From the NCBI GenBank assembly GCA_035285545.1, contig JAYKGY010000051.1, positions 1-39,047 on the forward strand: a stretch of DNA of 39,047 nt, written 5' to 3'. The notes under the pieces are model-generated. The model did not search any database, was not told where the DNA came from, and saw only the letters and a list, made by a program, of their open reading frames with translations. Each line of letters opens with the position of its first letter. The first letter of the stretch is position 1. The stretch is from Snowella sp. (GTDB lineage: Bacteria > Cyanobacteriota > Cyanobacteriia > Cyanobacteriales > Microcystaceae). Of the stretch, positions 19,407 to 28,625 are shown in pieces. Both the position numbers and the translations under genes were made by a program.

Positions 19407-19444
19407 TTACTCAATTTTAATCATAGTCTTACTCAATTCTAATC
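19407..19444. repeat. 16-bp direct repeat TTACTCAATT(T/C)TAATC with 22-bp period, upstream of cheB
   Basis: Copies at 19407-19422 and 19429-19444, one mismatch. Confidence 0.75.
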
Positions 19445-19549
19445 GATCTAATCGAGAAAAAAAATTCACCAAAACTTTAAAAAAATTAATGATCATAGAA
19501 AATCTAGTCAGGGAGAGGATTAAATAAAAAAAAGGAAACAAACACACAG

Positions 19550-19571
19550 ATGTGTATCTAATGTGTATCTA
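19550..19571. repeat. Perfect 11-bp tandem repeat ATGTGTATCTA x2
   Basis: Read directly; overlaps an ACACA-N4-TGTGT inverted repeat. Confidence 0.8.
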
Positions 19572-19896
19572 AAATTGCAAATGAATACCTAAATGGCAAC
19601 TAAGTTTTTGATAGCCAAAAAGCTATCCTCATTAAGAGTCAGAAATAGATTCCCATTAAGACTGAATTGAATTGTATTAGATCTAACTTTTTGCAGGTTG
19701 GCTCCATTAGGAGAGTCGTTAGTTTGTACTATGCTGTGTCTAGTCAATAGGCTCAACTCGTTACCTTATCGCTGGTGTGAACCCATGCTCTTGAACGCTA
19801 CTCATGGCAAGTACGGAAGGTGGGTCAAATATAGTCAATATTTTTAGTGCAATAAACGAAGAAAGATAAGCGTAAGCGGCAAGCACGGGGGGAGGA

Positions 19897-19912
19897 TGTG
19901 ACGAACATCACA
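19897..19912. promoter_or_regulatory. Perfect CRP-family (SYCRP1-type) binding site TGTGA-N6-TCACA
   Basis: TGTGA-CGAACA-TCACA, 82 bp upstream of the 79-aa ORF. Confidence 0.75.
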
Positions 19913-19994
19913 CAGGCTTGGTGATATTTCGGGTGGTTCCTACTTAAAAGATCGGAAACACTAGGAAGTATCAATACAGCATCCAGAAATAACT

Positions 19995-20234
19995 ATGTTA
20001 GAGATTACTTCAACCTTCAACTTCCAATCGTTCACCGTTAATCAGCCTGCTCAGCCAAGCTTGGAAGCAATGGAACTGGAACGATTAATCAAAAAAAATC
20101 ATTTATTTCGTGCTGAAATCTTAGATCCTGAAAGCAAACAGCAAATCATCCAATCTTTATTGATCAGAACCCGCCAAATGTCTCGAATTCGTCGTTTATC
20201 CGCTCGTCAGTTGCGAAATCGGGCATTCGTTTAA
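19995..20234 (+). CDS. Small hypothetical protein (79 aa) with Arg-rich C-terminus
   Basis: ATG-started ORF, alone in the region downstream of the CRP box; helical, protein-like composition; no family recognised. Confidence 0.65.
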   Translation: MLEITSTFNFQSFTVNQPAQPSLEAMELERLIKKNHLFRAEILDPESKQQIIQSLLIRTRQMSRIRRLSARQLRNRAFV

Positions 20235-20293
20235 AATCTTAATAAAATGATAAGTGGGGCGGACGAATGGTGCTAGATACCGTAAAGTAGGGA

Positions 20294-21118
20294 ATGTTTT
20301 GGATAGCAGTTTCCCTAGACGTTACAGGATATCCCGTGAAAAATAGCGATCGCGCCATCAATCCCGTGAGCCAGCACCTAGACAAAATTCTCTTTGCCAT
20401 TGGTTTTGTCTATTTAGTGAGTATTAGCTGGTGGTTAACCAGTCAGAATCGTTTAGTTTTGCCTTGGGGAAATCGCCCTCAAGCGATCGCTAATTCAACC
20501 TCCCAAGCAAAGCTATCCAGCGAAGATGCTCAATTTATTGCCTACCTTCAACAATCCCTAAAAGCCCTCAATCAAAGTAACGCTTCTCAACCCGCCACGG
20601 CTCCCAGCCCATCCAATCCCCCAAGTTCTCCGCCCGTCAATAATGTGCTGCCAGTAACGATCCCGACTTCTCAGACCCCACCGCCGCCACCGCCCGCCAC
20701 GGCACCTAGAGTGATCGAACGGATTTATGTTCCTGTCTATCCGCCCCAAACTGCTCAACCCATCCAACAAGCGGCTGTTCCCCCTGTTGCTGTTCCTGTC
20801 CCGCCTAAACCCGTCCTTCCCCAACCCCCTGCCAGTCAATCTCCTGTCGCTCTTGCCCAACCCTCTGTTGCCGTTGCTCCTCCCAAACCCGCGATCGCGC
20901 CGATGGTGGGTAATAAAAATCCCCATACCTTGGTCGGTGTTCTCGAATTTGGCGATCAATCTTCGGCTTTATTTACCGCCAATGGACTAACGCAACGCTT
21001 TCAAGTTGGGGAAAGAATTGGTTCAACAGATTGGGTCTTAACCCAGGTAGAAAATCAAAAAGCGATCTTATCGCGTCAAGGCAAAACACGTTATCTTGAA
21101 GTAGGACAAAGTTTTTAG
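20294..21118 (+). CDS. Membrane-anchored Pro-rich protein with C-terminal PilP/GspC-HR-like beta domain (start may be GTG 20336 or later)
   Basis: Single TM, long Pro-rich linker, then TLVGVLEFGDQSSALF...FQVGERIG...WVL..VE...AILSRQG. Confidence 0.75.
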   Translation: MFWIAVSLDVTGYPVKNSDRAINPVSQHLDKILFAIGFVYLVSISWWLTSQNRLVLPWGNRPQAIANSTSQAKLSSEDAQFIAYLQQSLKALNQSNASQPATAPSPSNPPSSPPVNNVLPVTIPTSQTPPPPPPATAPRVIERIYVPVYPPQTAQPIQQAAVPPVAVPVPPKPVLPQPPASQSPVALAQPSVAVAPPKPAIAPMVGNKNPHTLVGVLEFGDQSSALFTANGLTQRFQVGERIGSTDWVLTQVENQKAILSRQGKTRYLEVGQSF

Positions 21119-21158
21119 CCAAATTTAACATGACGCATTTAGAAATTAATTTTTTAAA

Positions 21159-21743
21159 ATGAGCATATTTGACGATTTTAGTCGCTTTTTGGAGACAAGA
21201 CTGGAGGAATTTCTCCGTAATAATCCCCATTTAGAATTGCAAGCCTTAATCGAACAACTGCGGGAACAGGAACAGGATAACCGACGACTGATTCAGGACT
21301 TAGAGCGACAAAAGCAACAAGTGGAAGAGGAAATTCTTGCCGTAGCCAAAGATATTCAAGTGTGGCATGGTCGCATTGAAAAAGCCAAAAGCGCAGGAAG
21401 GCAAGATCTCGCCACCGCAGCCCAAGAACGGGAAGCCGCCCTCTTGCGTCAGGGCAATCAGATGTGGGGGCAAATGGAAGGCGTGAAAAAACGACTGGTG
21501 CAATCTCAAGCGTTATTAGAACAAATTCAGCAACGTCGTCAAGAGGTTCAAGCGAAAGCTGAAGAGCTTAAGGCGCAACAGGCAAAAGCGTCTCAAAATA
21601 GCGTTGACTCTGATACGGTAGGATGGAATGAAGGGGTTAATTATCGAACCTATAACCGAGCCGCCGATCCCCTAGAATCTGCTTTTCAGAATTGGGAACT
21701 AGAGGATGAGCTAAGGGAGATGAAACGCAATTTAGGGCGTTAA
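21159..21743 (+). CDS. PspA/Vipp1-like coiled-coil protein (cyanobacterial TIGR04376-type)
   Basis: MSIFDDFSRFLETRLEEFLRNNPHLEL, W..RIEKAKSAGRQDLA..A and C-terminal FQNWELEDELREMK. Confidence 0.85.
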   Translation: MSIFDDFSRFLETRLEEFLRNNPHLELQALIEQLREQEQDNRRLIQDLERQKQQVEEEILAVAKDIQVWHGRIEKAKSAGRQDLATAAQEREAALLRQGNQMWGQMEGVKKRLVQSQALLEQIQQRRQEVQAKAEELKAQQAKASQNSVDSDTVGWNEGVNYRTYNRAADPLESAFQNWELEDELREMKRNLGR

Positions 21744-21881
21744 TTTTGGAAATAAGCTGTCTAACGCTAACAGTTGCTATAAAATTTAGGGATTAAGCAG
21801 TGGGCGAGACAATGCTTGGCAAAATCTTCTACAAACAACTGTTTAATATGATTGCCCTATTTTTTGATGGCAGCCTGAACT

Positions 21882-24800
21882 ATGAATCCTAAAATGTTGA
21901 ATGAACTGGTTCCAACGACTTTACAGGAAAAAATTGATCAGCTTCTGGATTTAATTGATTCTGAGTCAAGCGTATCAGGGCAGATTACGCCATTGTTTTT
22001 AGGCTTTAATAATCGCCATTTTCAGCATCACATTGGCCAATTTTTGACCCAACGTTATTCTCCCCAACTAACGAGTATTTCGCTGCAAAATTCGGGTTTT
22101 GATCCCGAAAAATTGAATCAGTTGGAGGATAAAGCCATCAAACTGATTGAACTAGAGGCTGGTTTCACACCAGAGCATTTAGCTGGACTACTCAGTCAGA
22201 TTGAAAAATTAAGGGCAAATTCCCAAGATTCCTCGACGGGGAAAAATTTCCTTTGGTTATTGACGGCTAGAGCAACAACTGAGCAACTATCCCCGTTAAT
22301 CCCAACGAATCCCGACCAGCTTAGGGTAATTGATTTTAATTTAGTGTTGGCCGATATTAACGCCTTAATCAACCAAGCCAGCGATCGCTATTGGTCACGG
22401 GGAGCAAACGTTAAAACCCAGAAAGATTTGGCTAATCTTGACTCTGCATTCCAAACGATTGAGGAATTCTTAGAAACCCATGCGCTGGCCTTGGAAAACG
22501 AGGCTCAAATTCAATTTCAGATTTTAAAGGGGCTTTATCAGGAATTTACCGGACAGTTTGAAGCGGCCTTGGAATGGTATCAGCAGGCGATCGCGTCTTC
22601 CCAGCAAGCCCAAACCCCCAGCCAAACCCAATGGATTCTCATTCAAACCACCCACTGTTGTTTTCTGCGGGCCTATTGGGAAAAAGAACTCAGCCATCCC
22701 GCCTGGCAAAAAACCCGTGACTATCTCACCCAAAGCCTTCAGTTATTAGCCGCCGACAATTGGCACAGTTTGCGGGGGGATTCCCTGACCTTACTGGGTC
22801 GGGTGTTAAGAGGACTAGAAGATTGGGAACAATTAAAGCAATTGGTGGAAAATTTTATTGATTCCTACGTTAATTCTGACAATCCTGAAGATATCGCCCA
22901 ATTACCTGAAAATACGCCGAGCGGTAACTTGAACCCCCTGTTGCCCAATCTCACGGAAGCTTACGGTTTTTTAGGGGAATGTTTTATCGAGCAATGGCAA
23001 TTTCAAGCGGCCCATCAGGCAGTTCAAAAAGCCTTAGAAAGTTATCGTCGTAGCCCGGAAACCTTAGCCGATTTTCACAGTTGGTTACATTATCTATTAG
23101 GGCGATCGCTGATGGGACTCAAAGAAGAAGAAGAAGCCATCACCCTATTAGAAAGTGCCAAAAATAATACAACCTTTGAAACTGATCCCCAACTCTATTT
23201 AGCCATTCTCATCGAACTGCGCTATTGCTACTACAAACGCCAAGATGCCCTAAAAGTACTGGAAATTGATCAGCTTTATCAATCCCTAGAATATCGCATG
23301 GGAAAACGGAATTTTATTGGGGTCAATGCCCTTAGTAATCTCAACGTTTTTAAGCTTACTCATCCTTTAATTTCGGTAGATTTTTCTACGGCAAAATCAT
23401 CAATTTTTCCCATCGAATTAACCCACTCCCAACGCACCAAAGACATTGAAAAAATTCAATCTTTAATTGTCGAGCAACAAAAACCCTTGCTTTTTCTCTA
23501 TGGGGAAAGCGGCACAGGGAAAACGTCCTTAATCCAAGCGGGTTTAATTCCTTCCCTCCAACACAATGCCTCTTCCTACGTCACGGTTTTATTAAATACC
23601 TTAGAAAGTTGGCAAACGAGATTCAAAAATCAACTATTAGCTATCTGCCATCCCATAGGAGAGCAGGACAAAAATTTACAACAGGATTTAAACGACCAGC
23701 AGATTATTTTAAGGTTGTTAAATGTCTTAGCGAAACAATCTCGTCGGGTAGTGGTTTGTATTGATCCTATAAACTATCCCACCAATACTCAACTTTTAAA
23801 GCAATTAGAACAGGATTTAGGACAATTTTTAAAAGCCTGTATTGCGGCGAAAAAGTTCCAAATCATCTTTTGTCTTTCTCCCGATAGTCTAAGCCCGATT
23901 TTAGATTATGTCACCACCCATTTTTATGATATTCCCTATTCTCTGGATTTTTATTCTTTAAAATCTTTGTCTGAGGAACAAACCTGGCAAGTGATTCAAG
24001 GCTTATTCCATAAAATCAGTTATCCCTTTCCGCCCAATCTGACGGCAGCCCTTATCCAAGACTTAAGCGATCCCGATCAGCAAATTAATTGCCGTGAATT
24101 GCAAATCATGGGAACGATTTTAGAGGATCAGCAGATTAAAACCCTCGAAGATTATGAAGATCAGGGCAAAGCGCAACTGATTAATTACTACATCAAAAGT
24201 ATCATCAAGATTTGTAGTCCTCTCCATCAAAAAGTTGCAACCATCTGTCTGTATTTGTTATCCCAAGTTGAAAAAAATTGTTGTCTCAAAAGTTTAGGAG
24301 AATTGAAAGCCGAATTAGGGCAATACGGGATTTCTATCAATATTAAACAGCTTGATGGGGTGCTGACGTTGTTAGTCAAATCGGGGTTACTGACCACCGT
24401 TAGCAATCATCCAGAAACCTATTATCGATCGCTGACCCTCCCCTTAGCCCACAGCATTCGCCAAGCCGCCTCCGTTGCTCAACACCATCTGCCCCAGAAA
24501 AATGGTTTAAGTTCTAAAGTTACGACCCCACCGGAATCAGAAAATACCCCCAAAGAAACCCTCGTTGAAGCCTTAGTCATTGAGCAAAATCGCAGAGAAC
24601 TGCAACTCCAATTAGAGGATGCCAAAAGCCAGTATCAAAATGTCTTAACGGGAATTCGTCTAGAGCGTCAATCTCTGATTACCCTGAAACAATTTGAGAC
24701 ACAACAGCTTGAAGGATTGATGTTAGCTCTCAAAGCCGGTCAAGAATTGCAGGAACTTGTCACTGAAGATACGCCCTTAATCGACTATCCCAGCATTAGC

Positions 24801-26936
24801 CCCCTACTAACCCTGCAAAATATCCTCAGTCAAATTTATGAACGCAACCGTCTCCACCAACCGGCTTCCGTGACCGATCTCCAGGTTAGTCCCAATCGTC
24901 AATGGATCATTACGGCTTCATCAGACGGGACGGCTCGCATTTGGGAGGTTACGGGCCAACAACGGGCTTTTTTAAAGGGTCATGAAGGCGCAATTACCAG
25001 TGTGCGTTGGAGTCCGAATGGGGCCTATGTGTTAACCGCATCCGCCGACGGCACAGCGAGGCTTTGGAGTATCACCGGAGAACTTTTAGCCGTTTTCCAA
25101 GGCCATCAAGATTGGGTTCGGAGTGCTCAGTTTAGCCCGGATAATCATTGGGTGGTTACGGCTTCACGGGATGGAACAGCCAAGCTTTGGGATCTGACCG
25201 GAGCAGAACGGGCTGTTTTAGTTGGCCACCAAAGTTGGGTCAGAAGTGCGGAATTTAGCCCCAATAGTCAATATATTGTCACTGCGTCTAAGGATGGGAC
25301 AGCCAAGCTGTGGAACCTGCGGGGTCAGGAGTTAACCACCTTACGGGGTCATCAAAGTTGGGTCAGAAATGCCCGTTTTAATCCCAATGGGCAATTAATT
25401 GTCACCGCATCAGCCGATGGAACCGCCAGACTCTGGGATTTGTCGGGACGGCAGATTGCGATTCTGAATGGGCATCACAATTGGGTGAGGAATGCGGAAT
25501 TTAGTCCGACGGGGGATTGTGTATTGACCGCTTCGGCGGATGGAACGGCAAGATTGTGGGATCTATCCGGTAAGGCCCTCGCCATTTTACAGGGTCATTA
25601 CCAAGGGCTATATGATGCTCACTTTAGTCCCAATGGCCAGTTAATTGTGACGACTTCTTCGGATAAAACGGCACGGCTGTGGAACCGTAAGGGAAAGGCG
25701 TTAGTCATTTTGCGGGGCCATCAACAGGATGTGTATCAAGCAGAATTTAGCGGCGATCGCCATTTATTAGTGACGGTATCAGCGGATCGAACAGCCCGTA
25801 TTTGGGACTTGTCGGATAAGGGCAATGTTACGTTACGGGGTCATAGTCATTGGGTGAGAAATGCCCATTTTAGTACTAGCGGCGATCGCATTATCACGAC
25901 TTCACGGGATAAAACTGCTCGCATCTGGGATAACACCGGAAAAGCGTTGTTTGTATTAGAAGGGCACCAGGATTGGGTCAGAAATGCGGCCTTTAGCCCC
26001 AATGGTCAGTTTGTGGTTACCGCATCAGCCGATAAAACTGCCCAACTCTGGAGTACATCGGGAATGAAACTGACAACCTTTCAGGGGCACCATGATGTGG
26101 TGTTAGAGGCTCAATTTAGTCCCGATGGTCAGTACATTCTCACCGCATCTAAGGATAAGACCGCTAGGGTTTGGAATGCCTCTGGGCGATCGCTAGCCGT
26201 CCTACGCAAACACCAAGATGCGGTTTATAGTGCCGCCTTTAGTCCCGATGGCCAATTTATCGTCACCGCGTCAGGTGATTGTACAGCCTGTGTTTGGGAT
26301 ATTATCGGTCGGGAAATGGCAACCTGCATCGGCCACGAACAACCCATTTATAGTGCTGTCCTCAACTCCGATAATGAGTTTTTGGTGACCGCTTCAGCCG
26401 ATAAAACCGCTAGGGTTTGGGACATTACCGGCAAGCCTGTGGCCATCCTGGTTGGGCATCATAGCGTTGTCTATCAAGCCCGCTTTAGCCCCGATGAAAA
26501 CCTCATTGTTACTGCTTCCGCCGATAAAACCGCCTGTATTTGGAGTCGAACCGGACAAAAATTAGCCGTACTTTACGGGCATCAGGGGTTAATTAGTACC
26601 GCAGAATGGAGTCCTGATGGTCAGATGATCGTCACCGCTTCAGAAGATGGAACCGCCCGACTCTGGGATCGCATGGGACGGGAATTAGCCACCTTGCAAG
26701 GCCACCAAAGTTGGGTCAGAACCGCAGAGTTTAGCCCCGATGGTCATTGGGTGGTTACCGCTTCAACGGACGGAACTGCTAGGCTTTGGCATATTGATAC
26801 CTTGACCGAATTAATGAACAAGGGCAATGATTGGTTACAGGATTATGTAAAAAATAATTTATTGATCAAAGAATCCGAAAACACAACGTTTCAAGCAGAC
26901 GGTTCTCCCACCATTTTGTCTAATAGTCCTCATTAA
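21882..26936 (+). CDS. Large TPR - STAND-like P-loop NTPase - WD40 protein (Sll0163-like architecture)
   Basis: TPR-like helices; Walker A GESGTGKT at 23502-23525; 16 WD40 repeats (41-aa period) at the C-terminus. Confidence 0.9.
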   Translation: MNPKMLNELVPTTLQEKIDQLLDLIDSESSVSGQITPLFLGFNNRHFQHHIGQFLTQRYSPQLTSISLQNSGFDPEKLNQLEDKAIKLIELEAGFTPEHLAGLLSQIEKLRANSQDSSTGKNFLWLLTARATTEQLSPLIPTNPDQLRVIDFNLVLADINALINQASDRYWSRGANVKTQKDLANLDSAFQTIEEFLETHALALENEAQIQFQILKGLYQEFTGQFEAALEWYQQAIASSQQAQTPSQTQWILIQTTHCCFLRAYWEKELSHPAWQKTRDYLTQSLQLLAADNWHSLRGDSLTLLGRVLRGLEDWEQLKQLVENFIDSYVNSDNPEDIAQLPENTPSGNLNPLLPNLTEAYGFLGECFIEQWQFQAAHQAVQKALESYRRSPETLADFHSWLHYLLGRSLMGLKEEEEAITLLESAKNNTTFETDPQLYLAILIELRYCYYKRQDALKVLEIDQLYQSLEYRMGKRNFIGVNALSNLNVFKLTHPLISVDFSTAKSSIFPIELTHSQRTKDIEKIQSLIVEQQKPLLFLYGESGTGKTSLIQAGLIPSLQHNASSYVTVLLNTLESWQTRFKNQLLAICHPIGEQDKNLQQDLNDQQIILRLLNVLAKQSRRVVVCIDPINYPTNTQLLKQLEQDLGQFLKACIAAKKFQIIFCLSPDSLSPILDYVTTHFYDIPYSLDFYSLKSLSEEQTWQVIQGLFHKISYPFPPNLTAALIQDLSDPDQQINCRELQIMGTILEDQQIKTLEDYEDQGKAQLINYYIKSIIKICSPLHQKVATICLYLLSQVEKNCCLKSLGELKAELGQYGISINIKQLDGVLTLLVKSGLLTTVSNHPETYYRSLTLPLAHSIRQAASVAQHHLPQKNGLSSKVTTPPESENTPKETLVEALVIEQNRRELQLQLEDAKSQYQNVLTGIRLERQSLITLKQFETQQLEGLMLALKAGQELQELVTEDTPLIDYPSISPLLTLQNILSQIYERNRLHQPASVTDLQVSPNRQWIITASSDGTARIWEVTGQQRAFLKGHEGAITSVRWSPNGAYVLTASADGTARLWSITGELLAVFQGHQDWVRSAQFSPDNHWVVTASRDGTAKLWDLTGAERAVLVGHQSWVRSAEFSPNSQYIVTASKDGTAKLWNLRGQELTTLRGHQSWVRNARFNPNGQLIVTASADGTARLWDLSGRQIAILNGHHNWVRNAEFSPTGDCVLTASADGTARLWDLSGKALAILQGHYQGLYDAHFSPNGQLIVTTSSDKTARLWNRKGKALVILRGHQQDVYQAEFSGDRHLLVTVSADRTARIWDLSDKGNVTLRGHSHWVRNAHFSTSGDRIITTSRDKTARIWDNTGKALFVLEGHQDWVRNAAFSPNGQFVVTASADKTAQLWSTSGMKLTTFQGHHDVVLEAQFSPDGQYILTASKDKTARVWNASGRSLAVLRKHQDAVYSAAFSPDGQFIVTASGDCTACVWDIIGREMATCIGHEQPIYSAVLNSDNEFLVTASADKTARVWDITGKPVAILVGHHSVVYQARFSPDENLIVTASADKTACIWSRTGQKLAVLYGHQGLISTAEWSPDGQMIVTASEDGTARLWDRMGRELATLQGHQSWVRTAEFSPDGHWVVTASTDGTARLWHIDTLTELMNKGNDWLQDYVKNNLLIKESENTTFQADGSPTILSNSPH
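24849..26792 (+). repeat. 16 WD40 repeats (123-bp period)
   Basis: GH..W/V....FSP.G..hhTAS.D.TARhW units counted from the translation. Confidence 0.92.
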
Positions 26937-27074
26937 AGATTCCCCGCCCATAACGCAGAGATTTTCCGATTGTCTAAAATGGGAGCATCGACCCACCACC
27001 AAAAGGGATTTCATTAAGGGAAAACAGGAAACTAACAGCAGAATATCAGTAGTTGATTTATATAAAAATTAAAA

Positions 27075-27145
<71 letters not shown>

Positions 27146-27162
27146 AAAACAATAGCTTAATT

Positions 27163-27171
27163 ATTATAACA
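27163..27171 (-). promoter_or_regulatory. Extended -10 promoter (TGnTATAAT) of tRNA-Cys
   Basis: Minus-strand TGTTATAAT, 17 bp upstream of the mature 5' end. Confidence 0.65.
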
Positions 27172-27274
27172 GGCTGTACGGGGTCTTTTGCAAGCTGTTT
27201 AATCGCTAAAACAACTGACAAAAAAGACTGATTAGCGTAAAAATGAGCCAATCAGCTTAATAATTCCCGTTAAT

Positions 27275-28477
27275 TTACTTTTTGGGAGAAAGCATAATCA
27301 ATTGACCTGCTTGTAAGGAACGGACAGTTTCTAAGGGCAAAGGGGAACGCGCTAGGATTTGGGCTACGGTGTCTTGAGTTTCCGCATTGCGATCGCAGTC
27401 TTGAATAAAACTAAACTCGGCTTCCGATAACTCAACCGGATGATAGTCGTAGTTAAATAAACTGGGGCTGGGCCAACCCGTCATACAGGGGTGACGTTCA
27501 GGAATGGCAGCAAGGAGTTCCTCATCCCTTGACCAATCGGTTTTTGTTAACGGTGGTTTACCCAGAAAAAATTCATAGTGGGTAATCTCAGGGTCAAGCA
27601 GTTCAATCAATCGGTAGCGATCGCGCTCACTTAAGCCCTTTGCCCGTTCAATTAAATCGGGAGCTTTCTCCAATAACCGTTCCAGTTGCCAATAGGGGGG
27701 ATTAGAAAAACCGATAAATTCTAACCCTGAAGCGTCGATTAATTCAAAAAGGGTGTGAATATTGTAATCCGTCTCCTGGGGATGAACGTACATATCGGCA
27801 AAAGACGCATCTCGATGATTTTCCAATGACCACCGTTCTTTTTCCCGTTTCACAATCCGGTTATGTTCCGGTAAGGCACTAAAAATTTGTCGTCCCACTG
27901 CGACCCCATCGGTATAATCGCCCCGTTTGTCTCCCTGTAAAAGCGCGATCGCCTGTTGCATCAATTGAATTTCCCAGCGACCTAATTCGGCATAGACAAA
28001 AATATGGAAGAATCCGCCTGGGGCTAACTTTTTAGCCAGAGCTTGAATGCCTTTAATGGGATCGGGTAAATGGTGCAACACCCCAACACAATTAATATAG
28101 TCAAACTGTCCCGATAGCTGATCGGCTTCTACTAAATTGAGATGTTGGAAGGTAACCCCATCGCGTTTAACCCCTGAGCGTTGACAACGGGTTTGCGCCA
28201 CATCTAAGGCTTTTTCGCTCAAGTCAATTCCTGTAATTTCTGCCTGGGGATTCAAATGAATTAAATATTCTGTTCCAACGCCCGTACCGCAACCGGCATC
28301 CAGAATCCGAATATTTTCTCGTTCTGGCTTTTTCCCTGTACAAAAATTATGGACAGCAACCCAATTCCATCGCCAATTATACCCAGGAGGGGGTTCATCT
28401 AACAGCGGTTCGGGAGGAAAGGGATAGGTATTATAAAGTTTTTGTACCGCAGAAGATTTTACTGAATCAGTGGTCAT
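27275..28477 (-). CDS. Class I SAM-dependent methyltransferase
   Basis: ILDAGCGTG, GIDLS and FDYINCVGVLHHL...LAPGG motifs. Confidence 0.92.
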   Translation of the reverse strand: MTTDSVKSSAVQKLYNTYPFPPEPLLDEPPPGYNWRWNWVAVHNFCTGKKPERENIRILDAGCGTGVGTEYLIHLNPQAEITGIDLSEKALDVAQTRCQRSGVKRDGVTFQHLNLVEADQLSGQFDYINCVGVLHHLPDPIKGIQALAKKLAPGGFFHIFVYAELGRWEIQLMQQAIALLQGDKRGDYTDGVAVGRQIFSALPEHNRIVKREKERWSLENHRDASFADMYVHPQETDYNIHTLFELIDASGLEFIGFSNPPYWQLERLLEKAPDLIERAKGLSERDRYRLIELLDPEITHYEFFLGKPPLTKTDWSRDEELLAAIPERHPCMTGWPSPSLFNYDYHPVELSEAEFSFIQDCDRNAETQDTVAQILARSPLPLETVRSLQAGQLIMLSPKK

Positions 28478-28625
28478 AATTAAAATTTACTTAAATATAG
28501 GCAAAAAAGCTTATCTAGCTCTATCAATTCATATCAGAAAGTATGGTTACAGCGGATTCGTTGTATAAAAAACAAAGATTTGTCAGCGTATAATCTATTA
28601 TGCCCCTACCCTGTACCTAACACCT

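Noticed and set aside
19995..20234. 79-aa ORF as GS-inactivating factor IF7/IF17 with a glutamine riboswitch
   Set aside because: Only a vague 'QQ..QSLL.R' resemblance; no glnA-riboswitch consensus was recognisable upstream.
24849..26792. Regular 123-bp periodicity as a CRISPR or other non-coding repeat array
   Set aside because: It is in-frame WD40 coding sequence with synonymous divergence and no repeat-spacer structure.
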